Assembly (NCBI GenBank): GCA_037379345.1
Contig: CM074519.1
Span: 39,086,103 to 39,150,102 of the forward strand
Direction of reading: 5' to 3'
Length of the DNA: 64,000 nt
Origin: Perna viridis
Lineage: Eukaryota
Shown here piece by piece: positions 24,201 to 36,249 of the stretch. The notes beneath the pieces are model-generated. The model saw only the letters and a program-made list of their open reading frames with translations, made no database searches and had not been told where the DNA came from. The position numbers and the translations under genes are program-made. Each line of letters opens with the position of its first letter. Position 1 is the first letter of the stretch.

Positions 24201-25670
24201 TCTTAAATGGAGCTTAGATACATGAACAAGAAGCGAACTAAGTTTATTTTCATGAATCTTATTATACATATTGAGGGAGAGACAATGTCATATAAACCAT
24301 TTTAATACAGTAATCGCTGTATTCTAAAAAACTGCAGTGATTGACGAATTAAAAAATATTCCTATATATTACATTTTCATTCATTCGTGGTACGTCCTTT
24401 ATAAACAAGTTAATCAAAAAATCTTTTTAAACATCAAAAGAGCAAATTAATTAACCAGACGAAAGCTTTTATGGTTTTACTAAACGAACTTTCAGCTTTT
24501 TTTTTCCAGCAAACAAGAAGAGGGATGGAAAATTTGTTATTCGACTTTCTATGTTCCAATACCAATATTTCAAGATGACCTTTCAACAACAAATGTATAT
24601 GTGGTTAAGGCGTGGGAAGTTTTCGTATAGAGCTAATTGTAGATGCAGGGTAAAAAAGAATTCAATTGCCTAATTTGTATTTTCTCATCTACTAGAACCA
24701 TCTCGGTAGTCTCATGGTTGGTTGGTGAGAGTCATGGGTTCGACCATAAGAAACATATTGTAATCTTACATACAAGTATATTGCTTCTTCATTTCAAATC
24801 CGTGGTATTTCGGAGACAGAGTGATGACTGAACCGTTCGAAGTCAGAATAATGTCTCCCAGTTGGTAAACATGCTCACCTGTGGGCTGTTTTGTCAGTGA
24901 GCTAGCGCATAAATCGCACGATCAGCTGGTTTGCCTAGTAAAAAGTAGAGTTGTCAGAATGATAAAACATTCTATGCAAAAACATGTTTGCCATATGACG
25001 GAAAGCTTACCTCAATTTACTCAATTTGTCAACCTGCTACTTGAATCTTGTAAAAAAAAAAACAACATTCTTTTATTGAGAATTTGTCCTAATAAAAGAT
25101 CTTCTCCTTTTGTTTCTCTGTTCACGATTATATACGTTTATTTCAAATACGCAAGGGAAAACAGTGGTAGCTATTCTTGTACAATATAAGTAATTATTAT
25201 GCTATATAGAACCAACGAATACGACACAACAAGCATGCTGGGAACAAATGTATATATAAAAATATACATATATATATATATTTTATATGTGTATAAAAAA
25301 AACAAAACTTTCTATTTGTTTGTTCTTTTTTTAATAAACATAATTTAGCTAAAATCAATTACATGTACAAGAATAAGATTTAATAGTACCGGTATACCTT
25401 AATTGATTGCGATTTTTGGCATTTCTATTTCTTTTGATGCAACTCTATCTACAAATTAATTGCATGAAATGTTTTTCCTCCACTCGTTTACCATTAAACA
25501 CGTCAAACTTATTTACTAATGTTGTTTTATTTCAGGTATCAACTGATGCCAGTGACAGAACATGCGTTCCAAAATCTAATACTTATTGTTATGAGAAATC
25601 GGCCATATGTAGCTACAACCGAATATCACAGAAATGTGGTTGGGTGAATGACGATTTTTGTTATGAATAA
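21269..25670 (+). CDS. TIMP-like B1, atypical NTR/TIMP-family secreted protein (196 aa), intact
   Basis: Exons 21269-21398, 23290-23369, 23925-24030, 24510-24649, 25536-25670 in frame. LSEQ|CSPPGPPFVAHPQNFFC...IYTPSSGAACG...YRANCRC...CGW; 10 Cys. Confidence 0.9.
22243..22750 (-). mobile_element. SINE-like retroposon (same family as 447-920)
   Basis: On the - strand: CCCGTGCAGGG...GCTTGTCGTAAAAGGCGA...GCACGTTAAAGAACCC...GGACGTTAAACCCC(AAAC)n. Lies in B1 intron 1. Confidence 0.75.
22878..23160 (-). mobile_element. Penelope-like element 3' tail
   Basis: Reverse complement of the 9930-10172 tail. Confidence 0.8.
24703..24950 (+). mobile_element. Degenerate tRNA-derived V-domain-type SINE
   Basis: B-box-like GGGTTCGACC, then GAAGTCAGAATAATGTCTCCCAGTTGG..ACATG..TCAGTGAGCTAGC, resembling mollusc V-SINE cores (recalled, not searched). 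Confidence 0.5.
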
Positions 25671-26046
25671 ATAATTCTAAAAGCACTTGCCTTTCTATAT
25701 AGTAAAGGGTTCATTTTGGTCGCAGTACAAATGTTTGATCAAACGGAATTGTCAATAATAATTTACGATTGTCGTTTTATTTGCAAAGGATCAGTTTTAA
25801 AACGAATTATTACGAGTATTATTACGAGTATCGCTGTAAGTCTGGCTATAAGCAAACCTGATATCGCCTCGTTTCGTTGACACCAGTTCCAATATGATGT
25901 TTTGTTTTTACCCGACATCGGTGATATGCATGCGATATTGGAGAGAAGTACTGAAGCGTAAAACAATAGGACAACTCAGGTACATCAAGATCCAAGTTTA
26001 TACCCTTAACAAGAAACATACACAATGTAGCGAACCTAATAGAATA

Positions 26047-26288
26047 CAAGGAGTAATCGAGGGAACCAAGGTTATAGCGGTAATCAAAAGAATGTAATCC
26101 AGGGACAAAGACCAGACATGGAAAACAGACATACACAACAAAGAACATAAGGAACTAAAATCATCAATACAAAGCAAAAAAAAGCAAATGAGCAACTCGG
26201 ACTCCACTAAAAACTGGGAGCATGGACCAGGTGCACCGGTAGGGTAAGCGTCCTCTGTTTTTCTAGAAACACCCACCGAGTTGCTCAT
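26047..26288 (-). mobile_element. Penelope-like element 3' tail
   Basis: GAGTAATCGAGGGAACCAAGGTTATAGCGG...CTAGAAACACCCACCGAGTTGCTCATA, reverse complement of the family tail. Confidence 0.85.
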
Positions 26289-26357
26289 ACATACATATGG
26301 AAACTGAGACATCGCAAAATAAACTAAAGAACTAGCAATATGAACTTCATAAAAAAC

Positions 26358-27190
26358 CGATAATAATACCGGAAGGGTAATCTTGTCCTACGAGCAGCAC
26401 CAAAACCACGATAATAATACCGGAAGGGTAACCTTGTCCTGCGAGCAGTACAACACACACGATAATAATACCAGAAAGGTTATCTTGTCCTACGAACAGT
26501 ACCGAACACACGATAACAATACCGGAAGTATAACCTTGTCCTACGAGCAGTACCAACCACACGATAATAATACCGGAAGGGTAATCTTGTCCTACGAGCA
26601 GTACCAAACACATTACAAGTAAAAACCGATAATAATACCGGAAGGGTAATCTTGTTCTACGAGCAGTACCAAACATACGATGATAATACCGGAAGGATAA
26701 CCTTGTCCCTCGAGCAGTACCAAACACACGATAATAATACCGGAAGGAAAATCTTGTCTTACGAGCAGTACCAAACACATAACAAGTAAAAATCGATAAT
26801 AATACCGGAAGGGTAACCTTGTTCTACAAGCAGTACCAAACACACGATAATAATACCGGAAGGTAACATTGTCCTACGAGCAGTACCAAACACACGATAA
26901 TAATACCGGAAGGGTAATCCTGTCGTACGAGCAGCACCAAACACACGATAACAATACCGGAAGGATAACCTTGTCTTATGAGCTGTACCAAACACATTAC
27001 AAGTAAAAATCGATAATAATACCGGAAGGGTAACCTTGTTCTACGAGCAGTACCACACACACGATAATAATACCAGAAGGGTAATCATGTCCTACGATCA
27101 TTACCAAACACATTACAAGTAAAAACCGATAATAATACCGGAAGGGTAATCTTGTCCTACGAACAGTACCAAACACATTACATGTAAAAT
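26358..27190. repeat. Minisatellite: 15 copies of a 51-bp unit with an optional 14-bp spacer
   Basis: Unit CGATAATAATACCGGAAGGGTAA(T/C)CTTGTCCTACGAGCAGTACCAAACACA. Spacer TTACAAGTAAAAAC follows units 5, 8, 12, 14 and 15. Confidence 0.95.
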
Positions 27191-28427
27191 CCTTTACGAT
27201 ATTAAATTGAATTATATAGCTTCGCTACATACTACAAAGGAGCAACTTCATCTTCGATTTACGCATGCTTGGGCTATTTAAGTGATGCAAATAATATGGA
27301 AATGACGGAAACCCATCCAAAATGATACATTAGACTTAAAAGATCAAAATCCCCTCCTTTTTGTTTAAAGCGGTTGAAAGTTTACATTCGCTTAGTAGTG
27401 AAAACATTCCTTAAGACAATCTGCATGAACACAAATGATATTTAAATTGAAATTAAAACAATATTTAAATTATTACATATGCTTATTGAAATTAAATATA
27501 CATATGTTATTATCAAAAAATGTTTTATCTTAGAAGAAATACAAGAATGCAGATATGTTATATACAGTTAAATGGCATGCCTCTTTAGATAATCGCCCGA
27601 AATTAGAAAGTTCTTGTAATAATTATTTGTTAATTTGCTAAAGTCAACATAAATAATTGAAAGCTTTTACAAGTTAGTTTATAATAACATATTTGAGTTT
27701 TATTAACGAAGAACCATTTGTCATCATACTTGTAGTCATTAGAGTCTCCAATTAGAAAAAAAATGTTATCAACATCCAAAGAAATATTCTACAAAATATG
27801 AAGTACATTATAGAACTGAAATTATGTAAGATTGCAGTACATTTAATCTGGTGGATGGATAATTTAAATGAGCATAGTGACTGATAGTTTTTTTTCAAGT
27901 TAACTGAAAGTTCGGATGACCAACATGCTCACACCATCTTCTCATGTTATGAACATGACAATAATACCAAGACATACAACTATACTTATTGTGAACAATG
28001 TGTTTGCTGTAACCACAAATTTGAGTGTCAATGATCTGATGGATTTTAACATATCATCTCATTTTACACATTTCAGAGCTAAAAAACAAGGTAACTGTTT
28101 TCTGATGTAATGACTTAAGTGATTTATTCATAACGTTATTTGTCTAAAATGGAAAATCATTATGACACAATCGGTAATAAAAAGCTTATTATAATATATA
28201 AAGTGTAAAATGTCAACCTCAACTTGACAAAAATATTCACATATATTTTTGCATTTTATTCATTATCCAGCAACAGTATGACACAATTAAATTTACTTAT
28301 AGAAACCTGTAATAAGACGTGTAAAGTGATTTGAAATACTTTTGTGGCAGCTGAATGAAATATCTTCACAATAAAATGATATATAACTGCATAAACGTAG
28401 AGTACAACAAGGATTTGTGAACAAAAA

Positions 28428-31400
28428 ATGGCTAGGACAAATGGGCTTGGACTTCTTATTCTGATATTAGTTAAGTTCTCTGAGGAATGCAGTATACCTC
28501 CACCCTATATATTATATCCTCAGAACTTGTTCTGTTCCGCAAAATATGGTAAGTATTTAGTGTTTCATTTACAATTCAGTGAAATTAACCTTCAAGAGTT
28601 GTCAATCAAGTTTTTTTCCATAATACAAGTTCCAAGAGAAGAAATATTACAGAATAAATGCGATGGTAATAATTGTTCGTAACGGAATAAATCCAATATA
28701 ACAAGTGTTCCTGAAGGAATTTTCGATAATCAATGAGATATCAGAACATGTTTAGATTTTGTTTAATCGTCATATTTTTCGTAACTGTTTATATTTTTTA
28801 GATTGATTATTGTCTTCTTAGGAAATTAGCTCTGAAACAAAACATTTCATAGCTATAACAAAGTCGGTGAATTATACCTTATGAAGTATTCTTCAAAATT
28901 TGATTGTCAGTTCAATCAATGAAGCATACATAATACCTAAGAAAAATGTTAATGCATTTGAAATTTACCATTCAACTCCTTCAATTCTTTTCAGTTATGG
29001 TGGGAGAGGTGCTCAGCTCTAATGTCGGAACCACCTTATATAGAGGATACAGAGTCAGAGTGCTAGCAGTAATTAAAGTAAATCAACATAAACTTATCAA
29101 TATTATTTAGATAAGATTCTTCCACACCCAGTCAACATCTAGAACAATTTTGACTTAAGCTGTTTCATTCAAGAGATCATGGAATTTAATAATCATAAGA
29201 GAACAAATAAATGAATTAATAATATAACAGCAAATTTACCAATCATGTGACGACTCTATTTGCTACACAGCTCCATCGGATAAAATTGATACAGGGAAGA
29301 TAAAGTAAACATATGGAAGGGTCTACGAGTAAGAATGACACGGCCAGCGAAAGCAATGTTTTTATATAGCCTAGCTGGCCGAGTGGTCTAGGGCGCTTGA
29401 CTTTGTGCAGGCGGTGTTGCCATAGATGTCACAGCGGTACGAGTTCGAGTCCCGCGGAGGGAACGACTAAAAATTTGCATCGCAAATTTGACAGTTCTAA
29501 GATCGTTGGGTATTTTCAGACCCTTCTATAAAATTACGTTATCTACCCTGTATCAATTTAATCCGACGGAACAGTGTAGCGAATAGGGTCGTCAAATTTT
29601 GAGACGTATATATATATTGCTTTTTTTTATTTCCGCTAAAATCTTGGTTTCCTTGATGACTCATTCCTTTATTGAATGTCATGGCGTATAATTAGATGTT
29701 ACAAATAATTATTTATGAACCTTTATTAAAATAACATAGATAAATGACAAATTTGTTGTAACGTAGGCTATAATCGAATTCAAAATTGGATGTTATAAGA
29801 AATAAATGTATCGTTTGTTTTTTTTTAATTCACAGGGATTTAAGGCATCGAATGTTGGGAAAGTAAAAAAAATATTTTCCCCTAAAAGTAGTGCAGCGTG
29901 TGGAACAACATTGACTATAGGGAAAATAATTGTTCTTCAAGGTAAGTTTGAAGAGGATTTATTTTGTTTTTATGACGTTACAGTAATAACCAAAGTCATA
30001 TTCAGTAATTTCTATTTGAATTTTGTAAATACAGGTTGTGGTATAAACCCTGCATATACCTGTTCTTTAATTCGAACGTTATTCTCTAATATATATATTC
30101 ATACATTTGAATGTTAGCAACCATGGACAATGATGGAAGACTTATTATCCGAACCTTCATGTTCCGGCGTGAGTATTCCCAAATGACGGTTCAACAACAT
30201 ATGTATATATGGTTAAAACGTGGAAAGTTTTCCTACCAAGCAAATTGTAGATGCAGTGCAAGTATTAGTATTTACTGTTTATATAGATTTTTCAAACACA
30301 TAAAATACAAGATCGATAGATTAAGCAATCACTTTATTTTAAAACAAAAAATACAAAGAATTACTTAAAATCAACTTGTAAACAGAATTTGGATTTCATT
30401 TTTGGGGTTAAAATCTTTATTATTCTTAGCTGTCGGTAGTCTGATATTTGTATTAATGCGAGAAAAAAAAGAAAAGAAAAGAAAACAAACAGCAACAACA
30501 ACAACCCTTGATATACACGCATTTTTTCGCTACTTATTTAAATATTCATTTATTATACCTTACTCTGTGCAATTAAGCAGGTATTATTAACCAACTTTCT
30601 ACAATATGTATAGAAATGCCCATCCTTTATTAACCGAAAATTTCGACTACTAGTCATTACGCCCCTGACATTCCTACAGTCGGTCATTAGGAAATCACAG
30701 CCATGCATTACGAATTTCAAAACAGGGCATCAATACGGGACCATTATGAACTAAATCAAATTGGCGTACATTTCTTAAAATAAGTGACAACTTTAATTAA
30801 GAGTGACCTAATAATTCAATTAATTAGATTAGGTTATTCAAAGTTGCTGAAAGATGGTACCGAGACTAAGTATATCAACGATGGGGGGTTGGGTGGGAGT
30901 TACAGAAAAGGCAACAAAAGTGAAATCTCGAGGCGAGAGCACATACTTTTCTATACAGAAATGTAAAAGAAAAAGGGCGACTTTCGTTATTTAGTAATAT
31001 TCAAACCTTGGTTCCCTTGATTACGCTTTAACAGAAGACATGTGCAGTCAAATCGCATTGTTTTGCACGAATCTAGGTGTTGAAATTAATCTTCAAACTG
31101 CATTTCCTTTCTCATTTTACTCACCTAGCTTGTGTGCTCTGTCAAAAGAGTTCCAGCGACATTTGAAAACAGCTTGTTTCCAGATCAAAATGCACTTAAA
31201 AACACTTCTTTTAAGTAAAAAATGGCCAAATTGTTTGTTTTTTTTTATTTTCCGGGTCACATACTAGGACAGTATCAATGAAAATAAAAACGATGACGGA
31301 AAGAACCCAAATATTCCGTAAATTATGGATATCTGAAAAGTCGTGGTTTTTGAAATGTCCGGTATCGGACGACTGGTCACGTTCTTAATTAGCTCATGAA

Positions 31401-31646
31401 TATTCATTTTTGTTGATCGCAATTTCTCCATTCAATAATAATAATAATAATGATAATAATAAACTATATACATCATTGAAATGACATCTGCCAAAATAAT
31501 GATTTCAGGTGTCATCACAAGCCACTGATATAACATGTGTTCCACAAAATGGCACATCATGTTATGAAGACAATGCAATTTGTAGTTACAACAGGAAAAC
31601 AGAAAAATGCGGCTGGGTCAACGCCTACACATGTAGAAGAAAATAA
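28428..31646 (+). CDS. TIMP-like B2, atypical NTR/TIMP-family secreted protein (195 aa), intact if the GC donor is used
   Basis: Exons 28428-28548, 28995-29077, 29836-29941, 30118-30257, 31509-31646. FSEE|CSIPPPYILYPQNLFC...SAACG...YQANCRC...CGW. Intron 4 donor AGT|GCAAGT gives a 140-nt exon 4, as in B1/B5. Confidence 0.88.
29245..29610 (+). mobile_element. Inverted-repeat element carrying a tRNA(Leu-like)-derived core
   Basis: Arms of ~80 bp (TGTGACGACTCTATTTGCTACAC...GAAGGGTCT / AGACCCTTC...GTGTAGCGAATAGGGTCGTCA) flank TAGCTGGCCGAGTGGTCTAGGGCGC (A box) ... GAGTTCGAGTCCC (B box). Confidence 0.75.
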
Positions 31647-32449
31647 GTGTTAATTGTCAGTCTCTGTAAGGTTTAGACAGAGAGTGAAACATGACGTGAA
31701 TATGGTATGAAAAAAAAACCACCATTATGAGAGTGTTATTTGACTTTTTGCACCATCAGAATCAAAAATAAAGGATAATTTTTTCCATATCATATGGTTA
31801 TTTGAGTTATCATTTCAATAAATTGCACTAAAACTAAATATTTAAAGGGCTAGTAATTCTGTCAAAAATTTCATTTATCTAACATTCTTTTTAAGAATTT
31901 TTGAGCCAATCCTGGGATGCAGAGATCAAATAATGGTATTTTCAAATACAAAAAGCATCCTTGAGTGAATACACATTGCCAAACTGGTGTGGTTTGGACA
32001 TGTATGTTTTTGATTTTTCACAATCTTCATGATTCTAACAAAACACTTACACATGGGTATTGGATTATTAAACAATAAATGAATCAAGCACGTATGTATT
32101 TATTAGCTTGCCTTTCAATTAATTAAAACAGAACGTTGATTAGAATGAATTTGTTGGTCGAAAACATCCCGAATGTATGTTTTCATTTTTCAAGACATGC
32201 AATCAAGAGCGATTTTGCCTCACATATGACTAACACAACGCTAAGTTTAATATTTTAAGCATGTATTAATTCTCGTTATTATTTCTATACATGCATTTCT
32301 TGAATTGGCAATTGTTTTGAATGAAAACAATCCTACATTCAACTTTTCAGAAGCTCTTATTTGGACATACTGGTTTTGGCAACACAGTTCAAAAGTACTT
32401 CTACAGCATTTGTGATCCCAATCTATATCACGGAAGTAAACAACCAAAT

Positions 32450-32592
32450 NNNNNNNNNNNNNNNNNNNNNNNNNNNNNNNNNNNNNNNNNNNNNNNNNNN
32501 NNNNNNNNNNNNNNNNNNNNNNNNNNNNNNNNNNNNNNNNNNNNNNNNNNNNNNNNNNNNNNNNNNNNNNNNNNNNNNNNNNNNNNNNNNNN
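32450..32592. other. Assembly gap (others at 33801-33961, 51843-51985, 61485-61623)
   Basis: N runs, all in introns or spacers. Confidence 1.
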
Positions 32593-35500
32593 AACAAAAA
32601 ACAAAGAAATAAAAAGAAAAAAAAACAACTAAAAACACAATATACTAAAAACTAAAACACAATTGTGTGAAAATTGAATATTGCAAAAAATAAACTCGCT
32701 AACTTAATTTTAGATCATTACAATTAACACAAAATCCCAGAGACTCGTTTGTTATGATTTTGACATTAGATAAACTTGAGTTGATATTTGTAATATTCAA
32801 ATTTAAGATTTATGAAACTCTTTTCCTCAATGATTCCTTTGAAAAATTTGGATGCTTGACATTCAATATCTACCGTAGCCAAAATTGTAGCGATCGTCCG
32901 TCTATGATATCACCAGTTGTTACAAGAGCATAAAGTAAGAAATCATATTAACAATGCTATGGATATAACAATGCTATGGATACGGCGAATTTTTCATATC
33001 ATTAGTTCCTATGATGTGATATCACAAAATATCAGCCGTACAAGAAATAGATACAACGACCAAACCGAAGAGATACAAATGTTTATAAAGTTGAAATTGC
33101 CCTGCTTCATTTATATTGATTCAAGAAATATATATATATAAAGAGATACATGTAGCATATACATGTCATACTATTTGGTATATCTGATTGATATACTGAT
33201 TGATGACAGCAGTGTGAATTGGTGAATCGTAAAACAAAATTAATATTTGCATTTTTAATTGAATTCTTTAGGTTTACTTTTCATTCTTGTCAATTATGAT
33301 CACGTCTTAGTCAAGGCTTAGCTACTTACTACACAGTGTACTGTACAATAACAGTCAATGAGCTATGATAGTTGTAATTATATGTAAACGAATAACCGAA
33401 ATAATATGTTTAATGGTATTTAAACGATTTTGCAACAGCTGAACAAGAAGGCAATGCATTTTTAAGTATTGTGGGCAATTATATCTACAGTCTACACTGC
33501 TGAGTTGACACAAAATGCAGCTTTTTATAGAGAATGGAGTAGTTTTTCTGTTCTTGTCACTATTTAGATTATCTATTGGTTGTGGAATTCCAGGACCACC
33601 GTGGGTTGGACATCCCCAGAACTATTTTTGTGATGCAAAGTATCGTAAGTAACGTGCATTTAAAATTGACATACATACAACTGTATTGTTAAACATAGGT
33701 AAACTGATCGATACATGTAGTTGTAATGGCTTTGTTAAATTTTTGACATAACGTATAAACAATTCTCACTTTTGTAATCTTGTATTAATCACAAGAATGA
33801 NNNNNNNNNNNNNNNNNNNNNNNNNNNNNNNNNNNNNNNNNNNNNNNNNNNNNNNNNNNNNNNNNNNNNNNNNNNNNNNNNNNNNNNNNNNNNNNNNNNN
33901 NNNNNNNNNNNNNNNNNNNNNNNNNNNNNNNNNNNNNNNNNNNNNNNNNNNNNNNNNNNNNCTACTTTGATACAGTTTTGTAATCTTTTACTTCAATTCC
34001 AGAAAATCACACAAATATCATTTTATCTTGTAATTGAAATTTAATTTTCGGATTTTAATTTAATTCTTGCTGTAATTCCTATAACATTTAAAAAGTTACT
34101 GTTTCATGTTAGTTAAACTTGCAACATAGGTAAAGCAATGTCACTTTCATTTTTTATCGAATAATTACATGCTAATTTAGTAATTTAAAAAAAAATAAAT
34201 CTGTTTTGCTACATTAAACACTTTGTCATAAAAGAGGAAAGAGCAGAATTAATGAAGTGCCAAATAAAAGGATTAGACGAAATCATAGCCTTCGTTCCAA
34301 TGAAATAATGGTAAACTTGTAGACTAATACTCTAGTTTAATAGTCCATAGGAAAGGCGATTACTTTGGTTACAATTTTCAGTTATGTTTTAAAGTTATGA
34401 CGGGGGATGTTCTCACTGTTAAAGATGAAAAACTGGATAGAGTTTACAGCATCAGAGTTCTGACTGTGATGAATGTAAGATTTATATGTATATTTACATT
34501 CATTTTTATGTATTTGTTATGTTAAGCAGTAAGTCTGAATAAAAAAAACGTAAACTCTGATTCTCTATAGAATGTTTCACCATATATTAAGTGAACATTT
34601 GTAACTACAACAATAACAATATTGATACGTTATTCAAACATTTAGAAAGCACATATAACTAATTTCATTTGCATACAGATCTAAATGATATTATAATAAT
34701 TTCATGAATGGATCACTACGTAAGATCTGATTAAGGCTTTGGTCAATGATTCGCAAAAGTTTGAAACTTGGAGTATTTAAATTGTGATTTGAAATATTAA
34801 AACTCCTTTTATCAATTGTTAAATCTAAAGTCCAGTATGTATCACTTTGGTATATGTAGGGATTTAAGCAGTCAGATGTTGGAAAAAATAAAAAGTGTAT
34901 ATTCTTCAAGAGTTTCTTCCTGTGAACATTGACAGTAGGGAAGTAAGTTAAACAGGAAATATTAACGTAATGAATTAAAAAAAAAAATTAAATTGCTTAA
35001 GATGTCTAGACTGACTCGGTCATGTAACACACCATATTTCAGTCGCCTTTAAATAATGTAAGCATTTCACTAGGAGCATTTTCATTTATACAAACTAAGA
35101 CATACTAGTAACAGCATAGAAATAGGGCAACCATAGTTTAAGGGAAAGCAACTCACATGAAAGAGATGATTGGACAGGAGGAGGAAACTAACATCAACGC
35201 AAGCATTTGAAATGAAGATATTGTGCCCATCTACAAATCAGAATGAAAACATCGTTAGATATAAATGAAAATAAATCATCTGTTTTGGTATATGAAGAAA
35301 TACACAATACGATTATGTACAATGATTTAAGTTATATAAATATCTATTGTTTTGTTGTCGTTTTTAATAGTGCATCTGAGAAATGGACAACTTAGAATGC
35401 GGATGTTTATGTTTATGTATGAGTATTTCAAGATGACCCCCAAGCAGCATATGTATATGTTTTTAAAACATGGAGAGTATTCATACAGAGCAAACTGTAG

Positions 35501-35929
35501 ATGCAGGGTAAATATGACAATAGTGCTATCTGATATATCCTTGTTAATAAAATTTGACAGTGTTATTTGTGTTTAATTTTTACAAAAAATCAATAATCCG
35601 ATCTATAGTCAAGTCAAGTCCAAATAAAATAACACAATGAATATCACACCACCGCAGTAGCTTGTATCGCAATGGTCATGACTTGGTAGAGTCATTTCAA
35701 ACGAACTGGTGGGTTACCAAACCTCCCTTTTCCATTACGAAGTGAATATAACGGCAGTAATTACATAAATTAAATAGCGGTTGCATGCTATATTGTCATA
35801 ATCGGTGAATTATGGATCGTATCAGCATAAAGAATACCCCCCCCCAAAAAAAAAAAAACAAAAAACAAAAAACAAAACAAAAAAAAACAAAAAACAAAAA
35901 AAAAACATACCCACTGTTCCGAAGAAACT

Positions 35930-36240
35930 GAATATTTTTCAACCAAGGACTGTAATCTGAAAAAAAATGGGTAACAGACTTCTTTGGGTGCATTTCCTCA
36001 TACCGTTGATTCAGGAGTCTGTTACGCAGATATTTATAACGTTCAAGGAAATCTGTGTAGTTAGTACTTATTTTATCGTAGCAAATACATTGTGAATTAT
36101 AAACACTATACACAAGGGATTAAGGATTACTGCTGCACAGGTAAAGGGAGTTTATAATTTTAAAACTAACGTCGTCTTTTTTATCATTAATCTTTGGACT
36201 ATGATGACTCACTGTTATCGTATTCGAGATGTAGGTAAAA
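35930..36240 (-). mobile_element. Decayed Penelope-like RT C-terminal fragment
   Basis: YLHLEYD...DKKDDVSFKIIN..YLCSSNP..VYSVYNSQ...DFLERYKYLRNRLLNQRYEE on the - strand. Confidence 0.75.
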
Positions 36241-36249
36241 AAAGGATTT

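Noticed and set aside
26347-27060. Repetitive ORFs of up to 143 aa on both strands, and a superficial CRISPR-like periodicity
   Set aside because: A by-product of a 51-bp (17-codon) unit. There are no unique spacers and no cas genes, and the context is eukaryotic.
29368-29462. Functional tRNA gene
   Set aside because: The acceptor and anticodon stems do not pair properly, and it is embedded in a multicopy element.
32247-32638. ORFs spanning N runs (also 51737-52054 and 61406-61780)
   Set aside because: Artefacts of assembly gaps.
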